NCBI GenBank assembly: GCA_032718475.1
Contig: JAUCBJ010004967.1
Span: 1 to 64,000 of the forward strand
From: Nemertoderma westbladi
Lineage: Eukaryota; Animalia; Xenacoelomorpha
Direction: 5' to 3'
DNA length: 64,000 nucleotides
The position numbers and the translations under genes were made by a program. A model generated the notes under the pieces. The model did no database searches, was not told the origin of the DNA, and saw only the letters and a list, made by a program, of their open reading frames with translations. Below are positions 1 through 64,000 of the stretch, piece by piece. Each line of letters starts with the position of its first letter. Position 1 is the first letter of the stretch.

Positions 1-17
1 GCATTGCAGCTGCATTT

Positions 18-1498
18 TTAGGAATGCTGTGCCGGCTTGTCGACAAAATTGCACCGCCACAACTCCCTATCACCCATGACATTTGCTAGATCATCCGCAT
101 CTTTAAGGCCAGTGTCCTTTAAGATGCGTCTCAAGAAAGTCATGGGCTGTCCACCATGCTTATTCACTCCATGAGGCTGCCAAAGTACAAGATTATGCAC
201 TGGCTGGTCCTCACGGCGAAAGCAATGTCCTGCAAAGCGGAGGCGATTTTGTTCTAGTGTCAAGCTTGGGGGAACCAATGAGACACCTCCAATGTTATAT
301 AGTGTCTGGTTGGAGATGTGTGCATTGTACTTGACACAATGAACCCGGCGTAGCATTCTTGTGAATGTGCCATCCAGAGATTTGGTATCCTCAGCAATTA
401 GAGCCCAGCATGGACTCCCATAGAGGAGTACTGGAACTACTGCTGCTCTAAATAATCGGACCTTAAGTTTCCGATTAATTCTCGGTGACTTCCAAATCCT
501 GGAAAGCCTATTCAAGGCTGCCCATGCCTTTCCCTTACGTATTCGAAGGTCCTCACCTGACTTCCGGATCCATGATCCCAGGTAAAAGAAGTCGTCCACA
601 TGCTCAAGCATACCATCCTTTGAGCTTATGCTCATCCGATCAGAGACTTGCTGAGGACTTTCAAAGTTAACTGTCATAATTTTGGTCTTTCTGGAGTTAA
701 TAAAAAGACCAACACTAGAAGCAGCATGTTCTAATGAGCTGAGGAGCCGTTGGGCTCCCTCTAATGATTCTGAGAGTACTCTTAAGTCATCAGCAAAGTC
801 TAGATCAGTTAGGTACTTGGCAGGATTTCCTCGACTTCTGGAGCCAGTAGGTGGAGTTATCATCACCCCATCATCATTATGATGATCTAAGGACATGCGT
901 AGAACATAGTCAACCACAATAATGAACAAGAATGGTGCAAGTGTGTCTCCTTGGAGGACGCCCCATAACACTTCAAATGGTTCTGTGTCACCGTCAACAG
1001 TAGACACAAATGTTGTCGAACCATCGTATACTGATCTGATTGCTGCAATAATTTCATCAGGAATCCCATATAATGAAAGTATGCTGAACATACGTGAGCG
1101 AGAGACTGAATCAAAGGCCTTGAAGAAGTCAACAAAGATAACAGCCAGATGCCTGTCTTTCTTTTTTGATAATTCTTCAATTATCCTTCTAAGTGCAAAA
1201 ATGGGCTCCATGGTCCCACGACCTTTACGGAACCCATTCTGATTTCCACGGAGCAGTCTCTCAATGGGATCCCTGATGCGATTTAATAGAATCCTATTGT
1301 ATAGCTTTGCAGCAATCGAGATCAATGAGATTCCCCGAAAAGAACCATAGAGTGTTAGGTTGCCCTTCTTGGGAACTGGCACCAACTTATTTGTTTTCAT
1401 TTCTTGTGGGACTCTTGTTGTTCGGTACATGTCTACTATGATGGGATAGATGAGCTTTAAACACTCAGGTATTTTAAAGACCTCAGGGGGAACACCAT
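18..1498 (-). mobile_element. RTE-clade non-LTR retrotransposon, 5'-truncated (RT domain to C-terminus)
   Basis: 470-aa ORF 18..1430 with RT motifs FRGISL, QNGFRKGR, FVDFFKAFDSV, GVLQGDTLAP, FADD, YLGS, LLYG and RLRFAGH. Similarity to the copy at 41942-42260 ends near 1498. Confidence 0.9.
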
Positions 1499-1552
1499 AG
1501 CGACACCATCTTTCTGACAGACGTAGTTGCCATGGTGATCTAGGAATACGAC

Positions 1553-1597
1553 ATCCTTGGTGGCTAACAGCATCTTATGCTGTTAACCACCAAGGAT
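1553..1597. repeat. 21-bp hairpin (inverted repeat)
   Basis: ATCCTTGGTGGCTAACAGCAT-ctt-ATGCTGTTAACCACCAAGGAT, one mismatch. Confidence 0.85.
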
Positions 1598-1614
1598 CGC
1601 TGCGGGCACCAAGC

Positions 1615-2340
1615 TCAGTGATAGGTATATCGATGACGTACTTAGTATTGGCAGTAACGACCCCACTGAGAAGTTGAGAGAGGTCAATGCCATCCATCCC
1701 AATCTTAGGTTGAGATGGAGGAGGGGGGGCGCTTGTCCTTTCTTGATTTGGTTGTCACTCGGGTTGACTATGCTCTTTCGACAGCGTGGTACTGCAAGCC
1801 TACAGATACTGGGCTCGTTCTCAATGCCACTTCGTATGCCCGTGAGTCTTACAAACGCGGTGTAGTTTGTGGTATATTTATTTCATCGCATCTTTAATGC
1901 CAGTATGGGTGGGGATGGTTCCCAACTCTATACCGGTATTGGGGATGCTAAGAATATTCTTAGCAATAACCAATATACTGATACGATGTTCGAGCATGAG
2001 CTAGCCGTAGTTCAAGCCGCTAAGGGGCGTGCAGACAGTGGTTCTGGGGGCGAGGCACCAACAGCTGTCCCCACCAAGGTCATTGACACGGTTGACCAGG
2101 CAGCTTCTGATTATTCCAAGCCTATTATCTGTAAGTTCGAGTACCGAGGTCGGGCAACTGATCTGTTTGTTCGAAAGTTACGTGGTCTTATACAAAGGTC
2201 TTGCACACGGCCGGTTCGGTTTGTTTTTACAACATCTAAACTGCACCAGTCACTCCCATCTCTCAAACACCCCCATCCCGGAAATCCTTGCGTCTAACGT
2301 CGTTTACTCTTTCTCTTGTCCCTCTTGTCACAGCATTCTT
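1615..2340 (+). mobile_element. Penelope-like element fragment (RT C-terminus, thumb, start of GIY-YIG), frameshifted
   Basis: RYIDDVLSI at ~1623, then NAIHPNL, LSFLDLVV, WYCKPTDTG, HRIF and NVVYSFSCPSC, spread across frames. Confidence 0.8.
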
Positions 2341-2649
2341 AATGCATGCCTTCAGTTGCGGGGCGAAACCTACCGATCAGCTGGCTGCCATCAGCTGATC
2401 ACTGATTGCATGCAACGTCTACGTCTTGTTGCTTTTTAGTTTTTTACTTGCTTTGGTACTGACATACCTACCAGTAAGTTTTTTACTTAACGTGCTTGAT
2501 TAATAAATCCACGAAGCTAAGGAATATCAACTACTTTCGCTAAGAAATATTTTCCTTAGCTGAGATCGTGTATTCATAGTGGGCTATTTTACTTGTATGG
2601 GGCAGATTTGGTTTTTTTTATAGGCAAAAAAACTAGCGTTTAAAAGTAC

Positions 2650-3960
2650 CCTGAAACTTTGCATGTATATTGTATATACTACTCATCAAGGCGCATCGTG
2701 TGGGATGGGTCTCATATCCAGGAAAACTATAATACATATCATTCTCAACTCAACTATAAGGTCCATAGTAGAGCCGATTGAGGTTAAATAGAAAATCCAG
2801 TTACGTTGGCAACCGGGCTAAACAGATGTTAAAATTTATGAAATGTTTATTTGAAGCCAAAGGTTAAAGTGTTATTATAACTTGGGACCAATCCCTCACT
2901 ATATAACTTATTCTGCGTCCGAAATAGATTGTTCTATTTTGCAGTTACCATGACAACCGCTGAAAACAGATGTTTTTATACAAAAACTACTCATTTGGAC
3001 ATAGAATCATAAAATAAGAACATAAAATTTCACGAAACTGGGTATGTGTTATCTGGACCACTAGTTGGAACTTTTAGTGAAACTCAAAACATTCCAGAAA
3101 TATATAGTTGCCATGGTAACTGTAGTTTATTGAAGTCTATATCATTCATGTCTATATTCATAACTCTATTTGTAGCAAAACTGTAATATATATAAACTTG
3201 GGTTTTCTCAACTCAACTATAAGGGCCATAGTCGAGCAGATTGAGGTATATTAAAAAATCCTGTAACCATGGCAACCAGGCTAAACAGATGTTCAAATGT
3301 AAAAAATGATAATTTTAAGCAAAAGTTAAAGGTATTATGACATGGGACCAATCCCTACCTCTTCTATATAACTTATTCTGCATCCGAATTACGTTGTTCT
3401 ATTTTTCAGTTTCCATGGCAACCGCTGAAAACAGATGTTTGGACACAAAAATTGTTCATTTTGTACATAGACTAAACGATAACATTCTCTGAAACTGGGT
3501 ATGTGTTATCTGGACTCCTATTTGGAACATTTTGAAAAACTCAAAACTTCTAGAAATATCTAGTTACCATGGTAACTGGAGTTTATTAAAATCTATTACA
3601 TTAAAGTCTATATTATTAACTCTATTTGTACAACAACCACAATAGATCGAAACTTGAAGTTTTTCAACTCAATTATAAGGACAATAGTTGCGCTTATTGA
3701 GGTCAATTAGAAAATGCAGTTACCAGGCAACCAGGCTAAATAGATGTTCAAATTTATAAAATAATCACTTAAGCCAAAACATTAAGATATTACGACTTGG
3801 GACCAACCCCTACCCCCACTATATCACTTATTCTGCATCCAATTAACGTTTTTATATTTATCAGTTTCCAAGACAACCACTGCAAACTGATGTTTTAACA
3901 AATACATCATTAATTTTGGACATCAACTACTCAATGAAACTTCCTTGAAGTCAATTTGTG
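2650..3960. repeat. Diverged tandem repeat, ~150-bp monomer in a ~460-bp three-monomer higher-order unit, with X-box-like palindromes
   Basis: TCAACTCAAYTATAAGG recurs at ~2745, ~3208 and ~3665. GTTRCCATGGYAAC-like motifs at 2800, 2944, 3107, 3263, 3409, 3563, 3719, 3864. Confidence 0.8.
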
Positions 3961-4074
3961 TCACGGAACTACAAACTGGATCAATAGATATATTGGATAG
4001 GAATACCGTTGCTGCCCACCAACTCATAAAATAAAAACACGTTCTAGAATTTTGTGTATTTGTTAAATATAATA

Positions 4075-4700
4075 AATGCGGACGACCTCGTCATCATGGG
4101 CGATTCCATCAGCGAGGTCCAGCAAAGCTTAAATAGACTGTTGGACTACTCCATCGACAACCATATTATGAAGGTCAACAATACAAAGACCAAAGCAATG
4201 AAATTTAGACGAGGGGGAAGAATGATAAACTCTACCATGGAGTGACCTTGGAATTTGTAAACAAATTTGAATACCTGGAGGTCGTTTTATCCGTGAAGAA
4301 TGGATCATCCGCACATTATCAACACCTCTATAATAAAAAGGATAGCTTGCGTCATGAGACTGGCATCTTCAACACCTTTCACGTCACTATCCAAGGAATC
4401 TGCCAGGAGACTATGGGTAAGTATTGTTTATCCAACCATCGCCTATGGAACAAACATCTTTACCGACGATGCCACAACTGGAACACATACAACGGACCCG
4501 TGCTCTACACTGGAAAGCCTGGAGCGGCGTTTCGAAGTTTGCATCTTCCTCTGCGATTCTTAACTATATAGACAACCATGAACCACATGACTTGGACCTC
4601 AGCAAATTATCCGGGTCTAGGAGACGAACGGCTGCACTACTTATATATCCAAAGGATTTCAACATAATCTGTGCTCGTTAGAAAATTGTGAGGCCAACAG
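4075..4700 (+). mobile_element. Decayed LINE RT C-terminal fragment
   Basis: ADDLVIMGDS...VNNTKTKAMKFRRGGR and LEFVNKFEYLEVVLS, with frameshifts. Confidence 0.7.
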
Positions 4701-5019
4701 ATAAATACATATGCTGGCTATGTCACTCAACTGCTTCCTCTACTTCGCACTATAATAACTGTGGAAAAATACCAAAATTACCGCGTTTTGAAACGGCGGC
4801 ATTTCTTAACAAATTCCAACGACCCTTCAAATGGCACTTCCTTTTAGGGTTTTAAACTCGATATATCTTTTATTTATTCTAATTACACCCACTGACTCTT
4901 AGAACTTTTATACCGTTAGTGTTTTATTTTAATGTCCTAAATTTTTATTTTATGTAATGCCCTTCAGTTTCGACATGGTGCGAAATAAACCGAATCTAAG
5001 AGTTTCAAATAGAATAAAT

Positions 5020-5380
5020 GGCCTACAGCGAATGATCGTTTTTCAATCACTGAACGCCTATATCATATCTCAGCTGTTTCTCAATGAAACTCAGATATTG
5101 TTACATATTTTGAATCCTTGCAACGCAAGCTTTCCAATGATATGGAAAAATTACGACTAATGTGAAGAATGGCCACGATACGGAGGGTACGATTTCGCAA
5201 AAGACACTTTTTTTAAAACGTTTATTAATAAATTTAAAGGCGAAATCGAAAATTTCGGTTTCATGGGGTCAACGACGGTGAGTGGAACTAGTTGTGTTTC
5301 AAATTTCAAGCAATATGATAAAGATTTGTAGAAAAATTTGGGGGGGGGGGTCCGTGTCATCAGAATATGACACTATATTA
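5020..5380. mobile_element. Partial MITE related to the Tc1-like element at 33328-34193
   Basis: Shares TCATATCTCAGCT..TTCTCAA and TCAAATTTCA.GCAAT...AAGATTTGTAGAAAAATTTGGGGGGG...CACTATATT with the right arm of that element. Confidence 0.55.
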
Positions 5381-6573
5381 CGGTTCATGGTGAAATAAAA
5401 TACCTGATACACCGAACTTTCCAAAGGCTTCTCGGACTCTTATTGAAAAAGATGCACGCTTGTATGTAATTAAGTCGGGGAGACGAACTATCTCTAATCA
5501 CATTCAAACTCATTAAGGTTTGTAGAAAATTGAGTGGAATATTTTCCCAATAGACAACTCCCCCTGGAATGGGATAAATCCCATTGCCTAATGTTGATAG
5601 TCATATCTGAAGTTTTATCATAAAAATATCAGCATCACTAACCATTAATATAATGCTTCAGCGACCGAAGCGAATAGAAGAACAACTACTTGATTACAAA
5701 AGCTCTCAACCGTGAACAAAACACAAAACAACTCTACTCCCTCTAGTTAAGTCGACACCCTTAAAAGCATTTAGAAACGAGCTCTTTTACTCAACTAAAG
5801 GACTTCTGCGTGTTACAAATCAAAATTACATTTATAACCAGAGAAACTGAAGATTACCCTCTTGTAGATAAGCAATGAATTCACCTTCTATCCTGGAACT
5901 AACTAACTGACTAACCAATCCAGCCTGATTTCAAATTCCCTTCGGTAAATAAATTGTGTTAAGTTCCATATTGAAATTAATTATGTACTAGCTAACTTAC
6001 TAACTACTTTATACTCGCCCACCCCCTGAACGGGTTCACGCCCACACAGTTTCTTGGGTCCCTAATTAATTTCCCCGCTTGGCCTAAGGCCATGGATTAG
6101 CAACTACGTAACCTTACAAATGTACTTGATTGAGAATGAAAATGCGTAGGTCTTCTTCCATTCTTCAACAACAAAGCCTTCATCAATTCTAGGTCAGTAT
6201 CGCAGGCCTATTACCTAAACATATAGCCTCATTGTGGCACTATTGTATTGCTGAAATCATATTTTTTTTAAGGAAAATCATTAATCACGCTGAAGGATTT
6301 TGAATACGGCGACAGATTTCGATTTCCTTAGGAAACCTTCTTCAATAAAACAATCCAACTGCAATCGACGAATTAGTTCAGTTGAATCGGCTCCTAACGG
6401 AGTGGATTGCGCCAGATGTGGGTAGGAAACTTTCTTAAAAGTTTGAAGACAATACGAATTTAACATGTAGAAGAACATATTCTTTAGAAATTTTAGTCAC
6501 CAGATTGCCCGAGATTTTCCAATGGATTGATCTCGCATAATGAGTTGCGAAATATGTCGTAATTCTGTCCCTT

Positions 6574-6604
6574 TATAAAAGCAAAATTACATCCATTCAT
6601 TTAC
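6574..6604 (+). promoter_or_regulatory. Candidate TATA box and initiator for the SCO-spondin-like gene
   Basis: TATAAAAG at 6574, TCATTT about 25 nt downstream, about 200 nt before the ATG. Weak in an AT-rich context. Confidence 0.3.
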
Positions 6605-6784
6605 TCTTTCTCCAAAGAGTACCGTACCACAGTTCTTACGTTCTTTTAATCGACTCTTAAAAAGTATCGTACAATATCTTAAACTGTATTTATTTATCAT
6701 TGCTTCATAACAGAGTTTTTAACATTTATCAGACCTGAACGTTCAAGCCTTTTGAATACGGCAGAATACTGCCTTTCTGCCATA

Positions 6785-58343
<51,559 letters not shown>

Positions 58344-58594
58344 GTTAGTTTATGTATACAGTACGTAGTACATAATCATCATTTGTCTAGGTTAACAAGA
58401 ACTTTTATAAAATATGAATTTAATTGATTCAGTATTTTTCCGGTTAACATAGAAAACAATGCCACTTTGAGGATAAATAAATGGTTAATTAATTAATTGA
58501 TCAGTCCACAAAAAACAATACTATTTAATTGAGTTAAACAAGTTAAAGTTAAAATCCGCAGGAATTATGTTATAACATTTAAACTTAATTATTC

Positions 58595-61500
58595 TGTAAA
58601 AAAGCAGTGAGTTATAAAAGTTACCAATAACTTAGAGACAGGGGGGAAACTCGGCGCAAAACCCTGCCCTTATATCTTGCTGGTTATCGCTTGGTAGTTT
58701 AGCCCGTTGTTATACTAGCTTAGGTATATTAGTGCAATACACACCGTGTATGTTACACTGCTTCCCTGTAGGAAGGCTGCCCCATGGCCCTGCTTTCTGT
58801 ATCTGCCAATAGGATTTGAGTTGGTTTTGATTTCGACTTATCACAGATCTACTGAACTGATTTTCCTATCTGTATGCTCATTTTCTGTGATAGGTGAAAT
58901 CTTTTGTAAAATAAGGGTAACTAGTATTCTTCTTTTATTATTCTTAGTATTCTACCTTATTCTTAACGTGTTTTGCATTAGTAATCTCTGTATTAAATGA
59001 TTTCTCTACAACTTTACTTTGAACCGATCTGGAGATACCCTATGTAGCTATGTAACTGAACTTATTTCAATATACGTAACTTGACAATAATTATAACTCC
59101 GTCTTTTCACGATTAAATAATGAAATAACGATCCTGACAAAAACTCGAAATCACAAAGCCTATTCTGTTGTTTACATTGTGGTTCTGATGCCGGGAAACC
59201 TGGTATAAAGGTTTCCACGTCACAGATTATCCTTACTCTCGGAGTATCCACAATCCATCGCTGGACAGTTCAACTATCCGTTGCCTTCTCTCGATATGTC
59301 GGATGCAGAGTCTGACATCATTAGTGGAGCCACGTCGGGTGGTCTCCCCGCCAAAGGGAATGGTTCGCTTCATGGTAGTCTGAGCTCTCCTCGACTCGGC
59401 GATGGAACTCCGATGGTGAGGATAAATCTCGACTTGAACCCCCTGGAATCCCGACCCGGTTCGAGTGATACCAGTACGGTGGGTTTCGATACCGCGAACC
59501 TAGAGGAGGACCCTGGTATTGCATTCTATCCTGCGGATGATTATCCCTGCAGTTACCGAATGCCCGTGATCCATCCGGTTGAAAGATGTGAAGATTACTC
59601 GAACCAATACCAAGCGGAGGCTCACTTGTTTGGCTGCCAAGCTTCATTCTCTAGTCGATTCCCGTGGCAGTCGCACCTTAATCCAGGGCTTCCTAGAGGA
59701 ACTCAACGAGGACTTTGACGACTGTGTTCGATCTCACAGTAAGTGTCTTCAGTATCTGGATCCCAGAACCGATTCCAAGAACTCCCAGCCAGGAGAGTGA
59801 CCAACCAGGAGGACTGGTTGGTCACCATCCATGAGGGGTATCAGCACTGTCGGAGTGAAGCTGAAGGTTACCTCGCCTCCCGGAGAGGCGAACCTTCTTC
59901 AGCTAGTGGAAGTAAATCCAAGGTATCCTCCTCGCAATCCCCAGGAGGAGGTATTAACTCCTCGAAGCGACAACTGGAAGAGAAAAGATTAAAACTCTAG
60001 CAGTTCGAAAGGGATCGGGAGCTCCCCGAGAAGGAGCTAGCACTCAACAATAAGAAGCAGCTCCATCACCTCCAGAACAAGGTGGAGCTGCTCGAGTTGT
60101 CTGTGCGTAACGAGGAAATAGAAAACTGGGAGGCCGGAGTTGCGAACCTCAGGGAACGGGTTCTCGCTGATTTCCTTGAGGATGAGGACTCCAACTGGGC
60201 CAGCGGGGTCCAACCGGTTCCCAATTCTCCTCTCGCATCCAGGAGATCGAATCCCTTCCTGGGTCTTCCTTTATCCGATCCAGTGACACAGCTCATGGTT
60301 GAGTCACCCCATTACCTGCATAGTAATGTACCGGTAATTCATGTGTCAGTCAGTTCTGGTACGAGTTCTAATGAAATTACTAGTAATAATATATTACAGA
60401 GTTCATGTCAATCTTGCCCTATTATTGATACAGTGTATAAACCATCTCAATGTAATTCTAGCTTAGCTAATAATACTTTAAGTGATTGTAATATGAATAG
60501 AAAATCTGGTGTTATATTTAGTATCTCCAGCGGTTCATTTGTGCAGTCATTACCGGTACCGATTATTAGTAGTGAAGAATCTGTCCCAGTCAGTAAGGAT
60601 GGTAATAATTTTATAAATATTTCAGTGTCAAAATTTGTAGCTGTAGAACACCCAACCATGGCAACTCTGCCCCGCTTTAACAAGCAAACTATTTTTCCTT
60701 TTGATAGTAATTCAATAAATAATTATAAACCTGTAAGTGACTGTAATAGCACTTTGGCTTTATCTCGCCCTGAGTTTGTACCCCGTGGATTAGCCTCGCC
60801 TAATTCTAATTAGGTTAGCGGATTGGAGGGAGAGTGTGCCCCTGTGAGTTATATGTATGGTGGTCCTACCAATAATAGTGTACATTGTATGTCTGACCCT
60901 GTATATCGCCTGAGCGGCCAACCCTTTGGGGGTCCTGAGAGGTGTCCGGGTCGGCCCATGGTTAACGGGCCGGCTAGTGAGCCAGTAGTGTCAGCCACAT
61001 ATGACCTTCCTTCGTTTTCATCTCGTCCAGTTAATAGACCAAAAGTATCTGGGTGTGTAGATGATTGGATTGACTCTCCTGACTCCGATGACAGAAGTGG
61101 CACACTTTTTGGTGGTCATGGTCCGATAGATTTGCAGGCTCTATTTAAGGTACCAATCGATCCATTTGATGGCTCATCCATTAAATGGCCTGGTTTTATT
61201 TCATCATTCCATGCTTTAGTGCATGATAGAATTCCAAACGACGCAATTTGTCTCTCTATTCTTAGGAATTTATTATCCCCTGAGATTCGTAATAGTGTAG
61301 CTGCTACTATAGATGACCCTACATTGTATTATGAAACATTGAGAGATATTCACAGAATTTATGGTGATAAACATCTCATTGCTTCTAGCCATATTAAACA
61401 GTTTTTTTCTGTCCAAAATGTTAACTCAAGCGATTTCGAGTCATTAAAATCCTTTTCGCTTAAATTGCATGGCTCAGTATCTGCTTTAGATAAATGTGGA

Positions 61501-64000
61501 TATAAAGATGACCTTTATTCCGCAAATAATTTAAACGTTTTAGTTGTCAAATTGCCAAACACACTACAACATGAGTGGAGCAAAAAGGTACTTGCAATTC
61601 AACCTGGGCATCCATCTTTAAAGGATTTTGATGACTGGATTTCGTATAAAGTTAGTTGTGGTCGTGCTATGGATTCTATACTTAAAGTTCGTCCCAGTTC
61701 TAATACATCTCAGCCCCAGGTTAAACACAATAATAACCCTAGAATATTGCGTGAGAAATCTAAAGCTGTAACCCCTAAGTCATCTACATTTTCTCCAACA
61801 GTTCTAGCAACAGGAGGAGGACCCTCTAAGCAACTAGAAAGCGAAAAATGTAGTTGCTGCGAACTGTCCCACACTGTAGAAGATTGTGATAAATTAAACA
61901 AATTATCCCTTGCTGAGCGTGCAGAACTAGTGTGTGAAAAGGGCATATGCTTTGTGTGTTTAAAAACTCAGCACCGAGCAGCCGACTGTTCCATAAAAGA
62001 ACCATGTAAAGCCCCATCTAGGTGTAAGAAAAGGCATCATACATTATTGCATGATGCTCCTCCAGTTTACAGCCAAATTCTGGAGAACAGAATCATTTGG
62101 TGTTAACCCTGGTGGTGCTCTACCTCTTTCTAAGAAAGATGCCTTGGCTCTGGAGATGTTGAGAGACACCACTAGTTCCATAGATGGTCGCTATGAGACT
62201 GGCCTATTGTGGCGCTCCCCGTCTGTTTATCTCCCTGATAATTACCAGTCTGCTCTTAGGCGTTTAAAGTCCACTGAGAGACGTGATTCCTCATTAGAAG
62301 TGCGCTATGATGAGATATTGCGAAGCTATATTAGTAAAGGATTCGCAGTCAAAGTTCCACCAGGAGAGCTAGAGGGCCCCCTGGTCATGTTTGGTATTTG
62401 CCCCACCACCCAGTAATTAATCCAAATAAACCCAATAAGAGTTGAATAGTATTCGATGCCTCGGCTCGTTACCCTGGTGTTTCCCTAAATGATAAACTCC
62501 TCCGTGGCCCAGATCTTCTCACCAGTTTAATAAGAGTCTTGTTGCTCTTTCGAAAGAAACATGTGGTGATTTCCGGAGACATTACTGCGATGTACCACCA
62601 AGTAGGAGTGTGGCGTGTAGACCAAGATTGTCTTTGCTTTCTCTGGGGTGGTGTTAAGCGTGATGGCCCACCTGTGGTTTATAGGATGTTGAGACAGATA
62701 TTTGGTGCCATAGACTCCTCGTGCATCTGTATTTAATTATTTATTTCTCCTTCGTACCGCTGAAGATAACAAATCTATATTACCAGATGTAGCCCCCAGA
62801 GTGGCTCGGTGTTTTTATGCTGACAATTATTTCGATTCATGCAATACTGAATCTGAGACGATTGAGCGTGTATCTCAGATGAAAGCACTTCTCTCTTTGG
62901 GGGGAGTTCATCTTGGGCAGTGGGTATCATCATCTCGCCAAGTTTTAGGTTCTGTCCCTTCTTCTGATATTGCAGACCCTTTGTTGAATCTTGATTTGGA
63001 CGAATTACTGGTTGAGAGAGCGTTGGGTGTTCAGTGGAACTGTGGAACAGTGGTTTGTCTTTGAGTGCAAAATTTCAGATTCTGATGCGCCCCCTAGCAG
63101 GTGGATTGTGCTTGCTAAAGTTGCCTCGCTATATGACCCACTGGGGCTTATTTCCCTGGTTGTATTGGTTGCCAAGGTGCTCCTTCAGGATATATGGAGG
63201 CAAGTTACATCGTGGGATACCAATGATACCCTGATAATTTAGTTCTCCATTGGCAGTCATTGCTCAAAGACTTGCCCAATATTAATCAAGTGTTGATCCC
63301 TCGTTGTTTATTTAATGAGAATACTTTTAATTCCACCACTCAACTTCATTTATTTTCAGATGCTTCTGAACTTGGTTTTGGTGCTGTGGCCTACATTCGT
63401 ACTGTGTATAGTTGTGGAGACATCAGTGTATCGTTTTCTATGTCTAAATCCCGTGTGGCTCCTGTGAAACAATTGTCAATCCCCAGACTTGAGCTTCAAG
63501 GTGCTATAACTTCCATCTGCCTGTCTGGACTTGTACAAAATGAACCAACTATTGAGTTTAATGATGTTTATTTTTGGGTGGATTCAGTAACTTGTTTGCG
63601 TTGTGTATTTTCACAAAACTGCCAGTTTATGCCATTTGTCACCCACCGTATTGGTGAGATATTGGATACTGCTCAGCCCCGGCAGTGGCGCTACGTGCCC
63701 ACTGCTGTGAACCCCGCTGAATTCTGTAGCCGTGGTATGAATGTGTCTGATTTGACACCTGATCACCCGTGGGTTTGTGGTCCTGATTTTTTGAAATTAT
63801 CTGAATCCGAGTGGCCCGATTTCCCTGTGGTTGATTTGAGACCTGATCCGGATGATTGTGAAATTAAAGTCACCTTTACTATAAGCTGTGACGTTATTTG
63901 GATATGTGAGTACATAAAACGTTTTTCTAATCTCGCACGATCTCGTATATTCCCCAATTTACAGCGGTGCATTGCCTGGATTAGCCGTTTTATATTTAAT
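58595..64000 (+). mobile_element. Decayed BEL/Pao LTR retrotransposon (5' LTR boundary uncertain, 3'-partial)
   Basis: Gag PFDGSSIKWPGF (DUF1759-like) with three Cys/His knuckles ending HHTLLH. RT motifs VFDAS, SLNDKLLRGPDL, GDITAMYHQV, FYADN. RNase H motifs LFSDASE, SKSRVAP..SIPRLELQGA, WRYVP..NPA. Stops and frameshifts present. Candidate LTR ends TACA at 59176 before a TGG PBS-like site. Confidence 0.92.

Noticed and set aside
59183-59206. CTGATGCCGGGAAACCTGGTA hammerhead-like motif
   Set aside because: The core lacks the A of CUGANGA, has no stem I, and overlaps the PBS-like site.

Overview
AT-rich eukaryotic (invertebrate-like) genomic DNA. Most of the window is one plus-strand, intron-rich SCO-spondin-like gene, which I spliced by hand into 48 GT-AG exons with continuous phase (6785-58343, 7074 nt, about 2358 aa, 3'-incomplete). 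Domain order: signal peptide, EMI-like, D1-D2-D'-D3 (VWD/C8/TIL), 6 LDL-receptor class A repeats, TIL/VWC-like, a Pro/Thr linker, then at least 4.5 tandem copies of a 142-aa acidic, divergent F5/8-type-C (discoidin)-like module. Each module is encoded by four exons, one of them an 18-nt micro-exon. Introns and flanks are full of mobile DNA: RTE, L2/Crack-like and other LINE pieces, Penelope-like fragments, tRNA-SINEs, Tc1-, Harbinger- and piggyBac-type MITEs, a decayed MULE and a decayed BEL/Pao LTR element. There are also large micro- and minisatellites. The most unusual signals are minimal type I hammerhead ribozymes attached to tRNA-derived SINEs (one apparently lying between Pol III box A and box B), exon-restricted homogenisation of the discoidin array, and two minisatellites that start at, and resemble, 5' splice donors. 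All calls were made by eye, without database searches.
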